Assembly: GCF_009831105.1 (NCBI RefSeq)
Contig: NZ_WUUQ01000003.1
Location: 90,001-122,000, forward strand
Reading direction: 5' to 3'
DNA: 32,000 nt
From: Copranaerobaculum intestinale
GTDB taxonomy: Bacteria > Bacillota_I > Bacilli_A > Erysipelotrichales > Erysipelotrichaceae
Below are positions 1-8,568 of the stretch, piece after piece; the first letter of the stretch is position 1, and every line of letters starts with the position of its first letter. Under the pieces are notes generated by a model. The model did not search any database. It had not been told where the DNA came from and saw nothing but the letters and a program-made list of their open reading frames with translations. A program made the position numbers and the translations under genes.

Positions 1-2
1 AA

Positions 3-431
3 GAGCTTCCGGAAAATAAGCCGCGTCATCTGCTGGGACTTTCTCACCCGGATGATATTTTAATCGGTATAGAAATGGGAGCGGATACCTTCGATTGTGT
101 AGCGCCCACGCGAGAAGCAAGGCACGGCAAGATCTATACGAAATATGGAAATTTCAATCTGAATAAATTTGCGGACAGTAGTGAGAAGCTGGATGATACT
201 TGTGACTGTCCGACCTGCAGAGCTGGATGGACGCGCGGCAAGCTGCGCGCTCTTATGAAATCGCAGGACAACGCCGAGCGTCAGATTTATTATAATTTAG
301 CTTCCCAGCACAACCTGCGCTTCATCATCCGATTAACGGAGGAAGCAAGGGAAGCGGTTATCCAAGGTAATTTCGAAGCATACCGTGACGAATTTCTTTT
401 AAATTATTATGGTAGGAAATCAGAAACATAA
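3..431 (+). CDS. tgt: queuine tRNA-ribosyltransferase (tRNA-guanine transglycosylase), C-terminal part; 5' end lies outside the window
   Basis: Frame 3 is open from the window edge (ELPENKPRHLLGLSHPDDILIGIEMGADTFDCVAPTREARHG...). It has the Tgt-type DxFDCV and zinc motif CDCPTC. Stop TAA is at 429-431. Confidence 0.9.
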   Translation, partial: ELPENKPRHLLGLSHPDDILIGIEMGADTFDCVAPTREARHGKIYTKYGNFNLNKFADSSEKLDDTCDCPTCRAGWTRGKLRALMKSQDNAERQIYYNLASQHNLRFIIRLTEEAREAVIQGNFEAYRDEFLLNYYGRKSET

Positions 432-455
432 TCCTGCCAAAATCATGACAATCTA

Positions 456-484
456 AGTCCTGAATGAAAGGACTTTTTCTTTTT
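456..484 (+). terminator. rho-independent terminator after tgt
   Basis: The 6-bp stem AGTCCT/AGGACT has a 7-nt loop and is followed by TTTTTCTTTTT. Confidence 0.55.
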
Positions 485-626
485 CTGTTTAATAATTTAC
501 CAGATCGCAATAAATAAGTGATTGCAAGCAATTTTACCGAATCAGCTGCCCTATACATTTTTATGAAAAAGATGTAAAATGATTTTAATTACAATCTGCA
601 GATAAATAGTAATTAAGGGGTATTTT

Positions 627-2417
627 ATGAAGCAGAAATACAGCATAATGATATATATGTGTATTTGGACGGTGGCAATCATTCTATTGGTTTTTTCATT
701 GAATCAAAATGCCGGCTATGCCAAGGTTATTAATTACAGTGGAATCGTGCGGGGCGGAACTCAGAAGCTTGTCAAAGAAGAGCTGCATGGTGTTCATGAT
801 GAAAAGCTGCTGGATCATTTGGATACGATCATGATTGAACTGCAAACCGGCAAAGGACCTAATGGACTGATGAAAATTGATAATACCGCATATCAGAATC
901 AACTGACTGAGATGGCGGCTATTTGGAATGAAATGAAGCAGAATATTCAGAAAATGGATGATCCGCAGGCTGCGCTCAGACTTTATGAGCTAAGTCAGGA
1001 TTATTTTGACAAAGCCGATGAAATGGTCAATACCGCACAGCATGTATCGGATCAGAAATTAATTCAATCAACGCTTCTATTTCTTTCTTTTATTATCATA
1101 ACAAGTTCATCATTCATTTTCTGGTACCGTTCTAAACAGAAAGAAATCAGAAAAGTCATGTATATTGATAAACTGACAAGGCTGCCGAATCGTACCGCCT
1201 TTGAACTCGGCGTACAACGGTTGATTGCAACACATAAGCAGAAGTATGTACTGCTCTATTTTGATATTGATGATTTTAAGTATCTGAATGGTACCTATGG
1301 ATATACGTGTGGTGATCAAATTTTGATCGGAGTAGCTGATGCAATGGTTGAATTTATACAGAATCGCGGTGTCTGTGCAAGGGATAACAGCGACTGCTTC
1401 TTTCTTTTAGCTGAATTTGAAGAAACCATTGTGGATCAGCTTCAGAATATTATGAAACAAATGGTCAAGCAAAAAATTGAGTTAGATATTGCCGATGATC
1501 TGAGTTTTACATTCGGAGCTTATGAAGTAAAGAATGAGGTACCGATACAGGATATGATTGACAACGTAATATTAGCTCATAAAAATGCCAAAGCTCTTGG
1601 CAGAGGTAATATTATTTGGTATAACCAAGAACTCTTAAACCGACTGCTTCAGGAGAGTCTCTTTATAAAGCAAATGCATACAGCCCTGAAACAAAATGAA
1701 TTTCGGCTTTACTTACAGCCCAAATTTGAAATAGATACACTGAAGATCACAGGTGCGGAATCTTTGATGCGGTGGCACATGCAGGATGGACGTATTATAT
1801 ATCCGGATACGTTTATTTCTTTGTTTGAGAAAAACGGCTATATATACGATTTAGATTTTTATATGCTGGAGCGCACTTGTGAATTTCTACAGCGAAACCA
1901 ATGCTTTGATTTCACAATTTCTGTCAATTTTTCACGAGTATCTATTCATCACAAGGATTTTTATGAACATTTACACGCTGTGATCAACGCCTATCAAATA
2001 CCTGTTAGCTGCATTGAAATTGAAATCACGGAAAGTGCGTTCAATGGTTTGTCCCATACGATTTTAACCATCCTGAGACGTTTAAGCAATGATGGTTTCC
2101 TAATTTCGATGGATGATTTTGGAAGCGGTTATTCTTCTTTGAATCTGTTGACCGCGATGCAGGTAGATATTTTGAAAATTGACCGGGCATTCCTGGAAGA
2201 ACAAAATGACAAGAAAAAGAAAATTATTAAACTGATTGTTGAGTTGGCCGCTACTCTGCATATGAGGGTAATATGCGAAGGTGTAGAAACAGAAGCAGAC
2301 GTAGAATTATTAAGAGCGGTACGCTGTCAGCTGGGACAAGGCTATTACATATCAAAACCGATCCCGGCAGAAGCCTTTTCTGAAAAATATCTTCAAAAAC
2401 ACAAAACGGCCGGTTAA
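627..2417 (+). CDS. membrane c-di-GMP signalling protein: extracytoplasmic PilJ/NarX-like sensor, degenerate GGDEF, intact EAL (predicted phosphodiesterase)
   Basis: The RBS AAGGGG lies 6 nt upstream. Two TM segments flank a ~125-aa domain with the P-box-like INYSGIVRGGTQKLVKE. GGDEF-domain landmarks DKLTRLPNRTAF and FDIDDFKYLN are present, but the active site reads NSDCF instead of GG(D/E)EF. EAL landmarks are ESLMRW, EIEITE, DDFGSGYSS, KIDRAF, EGVET and GQGYY. Confidence 0.85.
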   Translation: MKQKYSIMIYMCIWTVAIILLVFSLNQNAGYAKVINYSGIVRGGTQKLVKEELHGVHDEKLLDHLDTIMIELQTGKGPNGLMKIDNTAYQNQLTEMAAIWNEMKQNIQKMDDPQAALRLYELSQDYFDKADEMVNTAQHVSDQKLIQSTLLFLSFIIITSSSFIFWYRSKQKEIRKVMYIDKLTRLPNRTAFELGVQRLIATHKQKYVLLYFDIDDFKYLNGTYGYTCGDQILIGVADAMVEFIQNRGVCARDNSDCFFLLAEFEETIVDQLQNIMKQMVKQKIELDIADDLSFTFGAYEVKNEVPIQDMIDNVILAHKNAKALGRGNIIWYNQELLNRLLQESLFIKQMHTALKQNEFRLYLQPKFEIDTLKITGAESLMRWHMQDGRIIYPDTFISLFEKNGYIYDLDFYMLERTCEFLQRNQCFDFTISVNFSRVSIHHKDFYEHLHAVINAYQIPVSCIEIEITESAFNGLSHTILTILRRLSNDGFLISMDDFGSGYSSLNLLTAMQVDILKIDRAFLEEQNDKKKKIIKLIVELAATLHMRVICEGVETEADVELLRAVRCQLGQGYYISKPIPAEAFSEKYLQKHKTAG

Positions 2418-2422
2418 AACGT

Positions 2423-2457
2423 AAACTATCTATTTGGACAGAATAGATAGTTTTTTC
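2423..2457 (+). terminator. rho-independent terminator
   Basis: The 12-bp stem AAACTATCTATT / AATAGATAGTTT is followed by a T-run. Confidence 0.8.
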
Positions 2458-2618
2458 ATACCTGATATCATGCCGAAGATTGATACTGGAATTTCAGAAA
2501 TATGCTTTGAGTTTATATCATTTCTAATCTGAAAAGTCTATTGTCATTGCGATAAAACGATTATTAATAATACATTATAATAAAAATAACACTTTCATCA
2601 ATATATAATTATTAATTA

Positions 2619-2627
2619 TGATATAAT
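2619..2627 (+). promoter_or_regulatory. extended -10 promoter element (TGaTATAAT) for the ABC cassette
   Basis: TGATATAAT is an exact match to TGnTATAAT and sits in an A+T-rich spacer about 60 nt before the only SD. Confidence 0.5.
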
Positions 2628-2707
2628 ATAGATGTGGATTTAATCACTAATATATCTTATTGATAAAAAAGGAGGATAGGAATCTGTATGAATACCAAGT
2701 ACAGATC

Positions 2708-3430
2708 ATGAGAAACATGGAAAATGCGATTATTACAAAACATTTAACAAAGGAATACCATGGTTTCAAGGCGAACGATAACATTGATTTTATTGTGAAA
2801 AAGGGTGCTATTTGCGGTTTGATCGGCAGAAACGGCGCTGGGAAAACTACACTTATGCGTCAGCTGCTTGGGTTGTGTGAGCCGACAAAGGGAGAAATCG
2901 AGCTTCTTTCAATAAATCTTACGAATGCGCGCTGTAAAACCGGTTCACTGATTGAGACTCCAACATTTTATGAAAACATGAGTGTATATGAAAACATGAA
3001 AATACGCGGTATGCTGATTGGATTGTCGAATATGCATAATGAAATCAATCATAAACTGAAAGCTGTCGGTTTGGAATCAAAGAAGAATAGTAAAGTAAAA
3101 TCACTGTCTTTGGGCATGCGTCAAAAGTTGGGAATTGCCTGCGCTATTTTGGGCAATCCGGAACTGCTGATTCTTGATGAACCGATAAACGGACTTGATC
3201 CGATCGCAATCAAGGAAGTGAGAAATACCCTTGTGGAAATGAATAAGCAGGGTTCTACCATCTTGCTTTCTAGTCACATATTGGGCGAGATGGAGAAAAT
3301 CGCAACAGATTATGCTTTTCTGGTCGAAGGAAAATTGGTAAACCGTTTGACCCGGGAAGAAATTGAGAGTAAACATATCGATCTGGAAAGTTATTTTGTG
3401 GAGCTTGTCGGAGGTGAAGATAATGAGTAA
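2708..3430 (+). CDS. ABC transporter ATP-binding protein (ABC-2 / bacitracin-lantibiotic-immunity-like type)
   Basis: Motifs are Walker A GRNGAGKTT, signature LSLGMRQK, Walker B LLILDEP and H-loop SSH. The start is uncertain: ATG 2708, ATG 2717 or CTG 2684. The ORF-track TTG at 2660 lies upstream of the only SD (GGAGG 2671-2675), so it is unlikely. Confidence 0.85.
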   Translation: MRNMENAIITKHLTKEYHGFKANDNIDFIVKKGAICGLIGRNGAGKTTLMRQLLGLCEPTKGEIELLSINLTNARCKTGSLIETPTFYENMSVYENMKIRGMLIGLSNMHNEINHKLKAVGLESKKNSKVKSLSLGMRQKLGIACAILGNPELLILDEPINGLDPIAIKEVRNTLVEMNKQGSTILLSSHILGEMEKIATDYAFLVEGKLVNRLTREEIESKHIDLESYFVELVGGEDNE

Positions 3431-4145
3431 AATTATACGAACCGAGTTATATAAACTGCGGCATAATATGGGGTTCATCTTGTTGATGCTGATCAGTGTT
3501 GCAATCTATGGCGGACTTAATTATATGTCAGAAACCTCGGCAGATGCAGTGAGCGCTTTAACACAGATGGGAAGCTTTACCTTTTTGATCCCAGTCTTTG
3601 CGGCTGTGGCAACCGCGTCAATCGTTTGTGATGACTATCAACTGAAAACAATGAAAAATATTGTATCTAGCGGTGTTTCAAGAAATCAAATTTTCTTTGG
3701 AAAATATATTACATCGATGCTTACGACAATCCTGCTTTTATTAGTGGACGCCATTATTACAATCATTATCTGTGGTTATTTCAAAGGTTTTGGTTCTAAT
3801 GGTGTTGTTATGCAGCAGTTGTTCATCAATATTGCCTTGCAGATAGTTGTAGTATTAATTTTTAATACTTTTTCATTTGTAATTGCCAGCTTGTTAAGAA
3901 GTTCAAAGTCAACAATTATTCTTTCTACGATCCTGTATTTTTTAGATGGCGCAATTTTTGCGGGACTAGCCTCACTTACCAAAATAAGAATCATAGATGG
4001 ACTTTCTTTATCTGCAGTTGAGAATGACATTAATAATTTTGCCATGAGCAGTAATGATTATCTGATCCTATGCGGACAATTATTGTTGGCCCTGCTATTG
4101 CTGATGTTTGCTTGTATGAAATTTAAAAAATCAGAGATTAAATAA
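3423..4145 (+). CDS. ABC-2 type transporter permease
   Basis: ATG 3423 overlaps the ATPase stop (3428-3430) and is preceded by GGAGGTGAAG. The protein (MSKIIRTELYKLRHN...) has about six hydrophobic segments, typical of partners of this ATPase class. Confidence 0.75.
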   Translation: MSKIIRTELYKLRHNMGFILLMLISVAIYGGLNYMSETSADAVSALTQMGSFTFLIPVFAAVATASIVCDDYQLKTMKNIVSSGVSRNQIFFGKYITSMLTTILLLLVDAIITIIICGYFKGFGSNGVVMQQLFINIALQIVVVLIFNTFSFVIASLLRSSKSTIILSTILYFLDGAIFAGLASLTKIRIIDGLSLSAVENDINNFAMSSNDYLILCGQLLLALLLLMFACMKFKKSEIK

Positions 4146-4207
4146 AACTTCATTATGAGCGTAAATTTATTTTAATAAAACATTCTTCCTGAAAAATGAA
4201 GAGTAGG

Positions 4208-4244
4208 GGATTGATCTGTTGCTAACAGATATCAATCCTTTTTT
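4208..4244 (+). terminator. rho-independent terminator after the ABC cassette
   Basis: GGATTGATCTGTT / AACAG(AT)ATCAATCC forms a 13-bp stem with a 2-nt bulge, followed by TTTTTT. Confidence 0.8.
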
Positions 4245-4519
4245 ATTACCCGTTTATAATTTGATCTATTTATTAGCATCATCAATAAAATATCATATAT
4301 TTGTTCTTTGCAGGAAATGTGTATATATAAATTCTGTACTTAAATGAATATTTCGTTTATTCTAAAAAGTATTTTGAGTGCTCCTTATAAATGCCTTATG
4401 ATTATCTTTGAAAATAACTTTGAACCCTGTATCTATTTAAAAAATAAAAAGGAACCCTTTTCATTTCTGACAAAAACGATAGGGTTTATCTTACTATGGT
4501 TATTTTTATGATCTCTCAG

Positions 4520-5173
4520 TTACTTGTTTGCCTGCATTACTGGGAATGTATCTGCCATAAAAGCATTATCATATGTATCATCTATCCATTCACCTATCCA
4601 AGTATACGGCTTTATATTCTGCTCTCGCAGCGCCATCCGTGCAAAGGCCGTATAAGTAAGAATTGTATCGGCGAGAATGAAAAGAAATACTATAACAAAT
4701 ACTGGCTGTGCATAACGATAAGGAAGCTTCTCGATCCATTTAGAAAGATATGGATAAATTCCTTTCATCAGGATTGTTCCTCCAATTCCCCATCCAATCA
4801 TAAACGGTATAGTTGTTCTGCCCAGAATATTTAAAAAGTAATGATTATAATTCCAAAATTCAACCCCAAAACAAACTTCGGCGATCCAACTGGTCATGAA
4901 TTCAGTTAACCCTCCGATCAAAGAGGAATACAGCAATGTTTTCCAAACGGAACGAGTTTCGTTGTGCTTTCCTAACAAGATAACGAATATGGCAGTACCG
5001 ACACCATATATTGGACTGAAGGGTCCATAAATCAAACCCTGACGGGTAGAAAATGTATGATGTTTAAAAAACCACAGCATTTCTTCATAATATGTGCCAA
5101 TCAAACAGCCAAGTAGAAAAAATATAAATATCTTTGAAAAGCAGTACCCCTTAGCGAAAATTTTCTTTTCCAT
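4520..5173 (-). CDS. polytopic membrane protein of the 'putative ABC-transporter type IV' (CmpB/PF06541-like) family
   Basis: The RBS AAGGAG lies upstream. Remembered family landmarks are GPFSPIYGVG and FWNYNHYFLNILGRTTIPFMIGWG, and the protein is hydrophobic throughout. Confidence 0.65.
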   Translation of the reverse strand: MEKKIFAKGYCFSKIFIFFLLGCLIGTYYEEMLWFFKHHTFSTRQGLIYGPFSPIYGVGTAIFVILLGKHNETRSVWKTLLYSSLIGGLTEFMTSWIAEVCFGVEFWNYNHYFLNILGRTTIPFMIGWGIGGTILMKGIYPYLSKWIEKLPYRYAQPVFVIVFLFILADTILTYTAFARMALREQNIKPYTWIGEWIDDTYDNAFMADTFPVMQANK

Positions 5174-5444
5174 AACTTCTCCTTTCCATTTTATTATAAC
5201 ATATAGTATTTTAAAAACGGGTGTCTATCGAAGTATCCATAAATGATAATTATTATTCGCGACAGCCGATGTTTCTTTTAAATATTTCTAAAGTGCAGGC
5301 AGAAATAATAGACTTGGCTTGTATATGATTGATATTATGAAGGGGTGGGTTTAACGGGAGAGATTCGGGAAGTGATGAAATGCACCGGATTTTAGAATCA
5401 TGGCTTTTTTTCAATTTTGATTCATATACTTTACTGGTGATAAT

Positions 5445-6134
5445 ATGAAAAAGATAATGGCATCAGTTTTCTGCTCATGTATAGCATTGGGATTATTGTT
5501 TCGTCCGCAGCTAGTTGAAATGAAAGACTCTCTGGAAGTAAAATTGTTTCATCCGCTGTCAGGAGTTCGTATCGTATTAGATCCGGGGCATGGCGGTAAA
5601 GACGATGGTGCGCGTACCGAAGATGCCAAGGAACAGACGATTAATTTAGCGATAGCCAAGCAGACTAAGAAGATGCTGGAGGAAGCAGGAGCTTCAGTGA
5701 TATTGACGCGGGACGGTGCTTATGATCTGGCCAGTGATGGGGTGAAAAACCGCAAGCGTGATGATATGAAGAAACGAGTCAATATGATCAATGACAAGCA
5801 GATTGACCTGTTCGTCAGCATCCATTTAAACGCATATCCTAGTTCGGCAGTACGCGGGACGCAGGTATTTTTTCGTAAGGGCGATCAGGCAGGTGAAAAG
5901 CTTGCTAATATGATTCAGAATCATTTTAAGGAGATAACCAAAGCTAAGATGTTACCGAAAGCGGGAGATTATTATATCCTGAATGAAACAGATAAACTGG
6001 GGGTATTGGTTGAGTGCGGTTTCTTATCGAATCCTATTGATCGAAAGAACCTTTTACAGAAAGAGTATCAGAAGAAAGTAGCGAATGTTTTGTATGTAAG
6101 TATCCGTGAATATCTTCAGATTCTTGATCAATAG
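5445..6134 (+). CDS. cwlD: germination-specific N-acetylmuramoyl-L-alanine amidase (CwlD type, Amidase_3)
   Basis: An N-terminal TM anchor is present. Motifs are LDPGHGGKDDGA and SIHLNA...GTQVFF...ECGFLSN. The CwlD-typical insertion DLASDGVKNRKRDDMKKRVNMIND parallels B. subtilis CwlD DLAPEG...RKAEDLRQRVKLIN. Confidence 0.75.
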   Translation: MKKIMASVFCSCIALGLLFRPQLVEMKDSLEVKLFHPLSGVRIVLDPGHGGKDDGARTEDAKEQTINLAIAKQTKKMLEEAGASVILTRDGAYDLASDGVKNRKRDDMKKRVNMINDKQIDLFVSIHLNAYPSSAVRGTQVFFRKGDQAGEKLANMIQNHFKEITKAKMLPKAGDYYILNETDKLGVLVECGFLSNPIDRKNLLQKEYQKKVANVLYVSIREYLQILDQ

Positions 6135-6218
6135 TGCCTTATTTTTTAGAGAATTAAGAATGGTTATTGAAAAGGTAGAAATATTTAAAAAAAGTAAATA
6201 AAATCATATGAAAAATCG

Positions 6219-6247
6219 TTGACAGAGCTTTGTCCTCATGGTATTAT
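6219..6247 (+). promoter_or_regulatory. sigma-A promoter for the tRNA pair
   Basis: TTGACA (6219-6224), a 17-nt spacer and TATTAT (6242-6247). The predicted TSS is about 6254. Confidence 0.7.
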
Positions 6248-6268
6248 AAGTAGGCATTCGATGGAAAT

Positions 6269-6345
<77 letters not shown>

Positions 6346-6362
6346 TCGAATTTAATATACAT

Positions 6363-6438
6363 GGGGTTTTAGCTCAGTTGGGAGAGCGCCTGTTTTGCAC
6401 GCAGGAGGTCATCGGTTCGATCCCGATAAGCTCCACCA
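6363..6438 (+). tRNA. tRNA-Ala (anticodon TGC), encoded CCA
   Basis: The acceptor GGGGTTT/AAGCTCC carries the G3:U70 alanine identity pair. The anticodon loop is TTTGCAC and the T arm is ATCGG TTCGATC CCGAT. Confidence 0.92.
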
Positions 6439-6450
6439 TATATCAAATAG

Positions 6451-6493
6451 ACGAACTGTTTTGATTGAAATATAAAACGGTTCGTTTTTTTGT
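6451..6493 (+). terminator. rho-independent terminator after the tRNA pair
   Basis: The 12-bp stem ACGAACTGTTTT / AAAACGGTTCGT is followed by TTTTTTT. Confidence 0.8.
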
Positions 6494-6655
6494 TGGAAAG
6501 GTTCAGAAAATTTATTTGCATCCCAAAGCAGTAATGGATACTCAATATTCGAAATCCTATATTCTATTGTGTAAAATACTTGATACATTCCCTAGTTTGA
6601 TCCTGATGTATTCCCAATTATGTACTAAATATAGCTATAACCTACTTATAAACGC

Positions 6656-6694
6656 ATAAAAAGAGCGATGTGATCTTTCTGTATTCATCGCTCT
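6656..6694 (-). terminator. rho-independent terminator for the 6792-7364 gene
   Basis: The stem GAGCGATG / CATCGCTC (10 bp with flanking A:T pairs) is followed on the minus strand by TTTTTAT. Confidence 0.65.
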
Positions 6695-6791
6695 TTTAAG
6701 ACTTCATTAATTATGAAATAGTTGGATTAACCAATTGCTATACTTATAAAACAAATGTAATTTCATATCGGATAAAGTGTACTTCTGGTTT

Positions 6792-7364
6792 TTATTTACT
6801 CATGAAGGTTAAATGATCCATGATCTTTTTTGGATCTTTGATATCATCGGGACTGATGATAGCGAGTTGTTCATTCCCCCAGGTAAGAGAGTCGGCATAT
6901 TGTTCATAGACCGGCAGAAACAGAAAATGATCCTGGTCGAGATTTTGGAAAGGGAAATCCGCCAGCATGGAGGATATTTGTTCTTCCATGGAAGACAGGC
7001 CGGCTTCACCCTCCTGTTCCCACCACCGCTGAAATGCTTTTTTCACAGCTTGATAGGTGTTTAACTGGGAGAAGAGAGCGCTAAAATCATAGCTTTCCTC
7101 ATACCAATTGTTTTCATCAGCTTCCAGAGGATGACTCGCATCGCTTAAAGCGAATAGTATTTGATTCCACAAAGTGATGCCGCGCAGATGAAAGAACGCA
7201 GTGGAAATGAGTCCTTCGGTATCGCAGTTCAGCTGTTTAAATTCCTTGGGTTTTTTATGCCGCAAATCATAATATCGATATATGTAAAGTAAAAAATTAA
7301 GATTCTTGGATATGGCGATAGTAATATCTTTGCCGTCTTTCTGGTGGTTGTAAAGCTGTATCAT
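6792..7364 (-). CDS. hypothetical cytoplasmic protein (190 aa), no family recognised
   Basis: An ATG with RBS AAAGGA 7 nt upstream. It has its own near-consensus promoter and terminator. The protein is acidic and Trp-rich (WYEESYDF, QRWWEQEGE). Confidence 0.6.
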   Translation of the reverse strand: MIQLYNHQKDGKDITIAISKNLNFLLYIYRYYDLRHKKPKEFKQLNCDTEGLISTAFFHLRGITLWNQILFALSDASHPLEADENNWYEESYDFSALFSQLNTYQAVKKAFQRWWEQEGEAGLSSMEEQISSMLADFPFQNLDQDHFLFLPVYEQYADSLTWGNEQLAIISPDDIKDPKKIMDHLTFMSK

Positions 7365-7392
7365 GATATCATCCTTTCTGACATACGGTTAC

Positions 7393-7421
7393 ACTATAGC
7401 GCAGCTGGAATAGATTGTCAA
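7393..7421 (-). promoter_or_regulatory. sigma-A promoter for the 6792-7364 gene
   Basis: On the minus strand: TTGACA, a 17-nt spacer and TATAGT. Confidence 0.7.
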
Positions 7422-7479
7422 TGAATGGATAAGGAGGCAACATTTACCGTTCGCCGAGCGGTAAGAATTAAATAATATA

Positions 7480-7488
7480 TGCTATAAT
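7480..7488 (+). promoter_or_regulatory. extended -10 promoter element (TGcTATAAT) for the 7521-10228 operon
   Basis: TGCTATAAT lies 32 nt before the ATG. The SD AAGGAG at 7507-7512 is downstream of the predicted TSS. Confidence 0.6.
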
Positions 7489-7520
7489 ATTACCATATTT
7501 ATCGGAAAGGAGCGGTTTGT

Positions 7521-8567
7521 ATGGGGCGTTTGATGAAACATTACCGGCATCGATTACAGCTCTGCGTGCTGTGGTATCTGCTTGCGGCACTGTTTATATG
7601 CATACCATCTTTTCTGTTTATCAATCATAAAGGGAAAGGATATCTGAATGCTGAACCGCTGTCACAGGCAGATGCAGAAATTCGTACGCTGGCCGGCGGA
7701 GATTTTCAGGCATGGGGAATATCTTCCTGGATCCGCAGTAATAGTATGCGGAATCGTACCTTTATCGTTGATCAAAATGATATCTTAGGTCCGATAGATG
7801 CAGCAGGAACAACCTATCTGGTACGATTGGACGATTCTTTCTTCGTGACAGTAACTGGTGACTATGAACAGCTGTATCGGGGAAAAGGCCGCTTGATCCC
7901 CATATCATCCAAGCTGCGTGAAGTATCTTTTCAATATCTGAAGAACGCCGGTTATGTTCAGAGCGGACGGCATATGACAACTGTGATCTCACCCTATTTA
8001 ATGGAAATCGGTTATGCGGGAGATATTTCAGTATCAACACTGTATCTCATCTTGGGCCTCATCGCACTTGCGGTGCTTATGCTGATTGGAATTGGATACC
8101 GTATTTATCGTTACAGCAGCTTGCGTATCAGTATGGTTTTGTATGAGGAAAGCAGCCGTCGGGAAAAAGAAATTATGGATTATGAAATAACGGATGATCG
8201 GCAGGTACCGGGTGCGCTGGCTGGACGGAATTGTCTTTATGTACAGCGAGGCAAATTTCATCGAGTTATTATCCCAATTAAATATGAACAGATCATTTGG
8301 TATTATCAAAAACCGTTGTCGTCTAAAAAAACGCGGCTGGTTTTGTATGACAGTAACCGGAGATGCTACCAGATTAAGCTGATGAATAAAATGGTTGATG
8401 AGGTGATGCTGAGTCTGGCTGAAAAAGCACCGTATGCGATCTGCGGGTATCAGCGTGAAATTGCTCGCAAAGTACGACGTAATTTCTATGATCTGATGAA
8501 ACAGGTGAATCAAAACCGTCAGGAAACTATGATGCGAAAGCAATTTGAAAAGAAAAAGGAGAATTAA
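7521..8567 (+). CDS. hypothetical bitopic membrane protein (348 aa)
   Basis: The SD AAGGAG lies 8 nt upstream. The layout is TM1 (LCVLWYLLAALFICIPSFLFI), a ~135-aa outside domain, TM2 (LYLILGLIALAVLMLIGIGY), then a ~150-aa basic C-terminal domain. No family recognised. Confidence 0.65.
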   Translation: MGRLMKHYRHRLQLCVLWYLLAALFICIPSFLFINHKGKGYLNAEPLSQADAEIRTLAGGDFQAWGISSWIRSNSMRNRTFIVDQNDILGPIDAAGTTYLVRLDDSFFVTVTGDYEQLYRGKGRLIPISSKLREVSFQYLKNAGYVQSGRHMTTVISPYLMEIGYAGDISVSTLYLILGLIALAVLMLIGIGYRIYRYSSLRISMVLYEESSRREKEIMDYEITDDRQVPGALAGRNCLYVQRGKFHRVIIPIKYEQIIWYYQKPLSSKKTRLVLYDSNRRCYQIKLMNKMVDEVMLSLAEKAPYAICGYQREIARKVRRNFYDLMKQVNQNRQETMMRKQFEKKKEN

Positions 8568-8568
8568 C

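Noticed and set aside
5330-5444. G-rich leader upstream of cwlD (GAAGGGGTGGGTTTAACGGGAGAGATTCGGGAAG...) considered as a riboswitch (e.g. c-di-AMP/ydaO type, often found before wall hydrolases) or as carrying sigma-E/sigma-G sporulation promoters
   Set aside because: It is too short, lacks the conserved ydaO cores I remember, and has no convincing terminator or anti-terminator pair. The best sigma-E-like -10 (CATATACT) has no matching -35 at the right spacing. An Rfam scan would settle it.
6465-6659. 64-aa ORF just after tRNA-Ala
   Set aside because: It starts with TTG inside the tRNA operon terminator hairpin, has no SD, and the peptide is low-complexity and A+T-driven.
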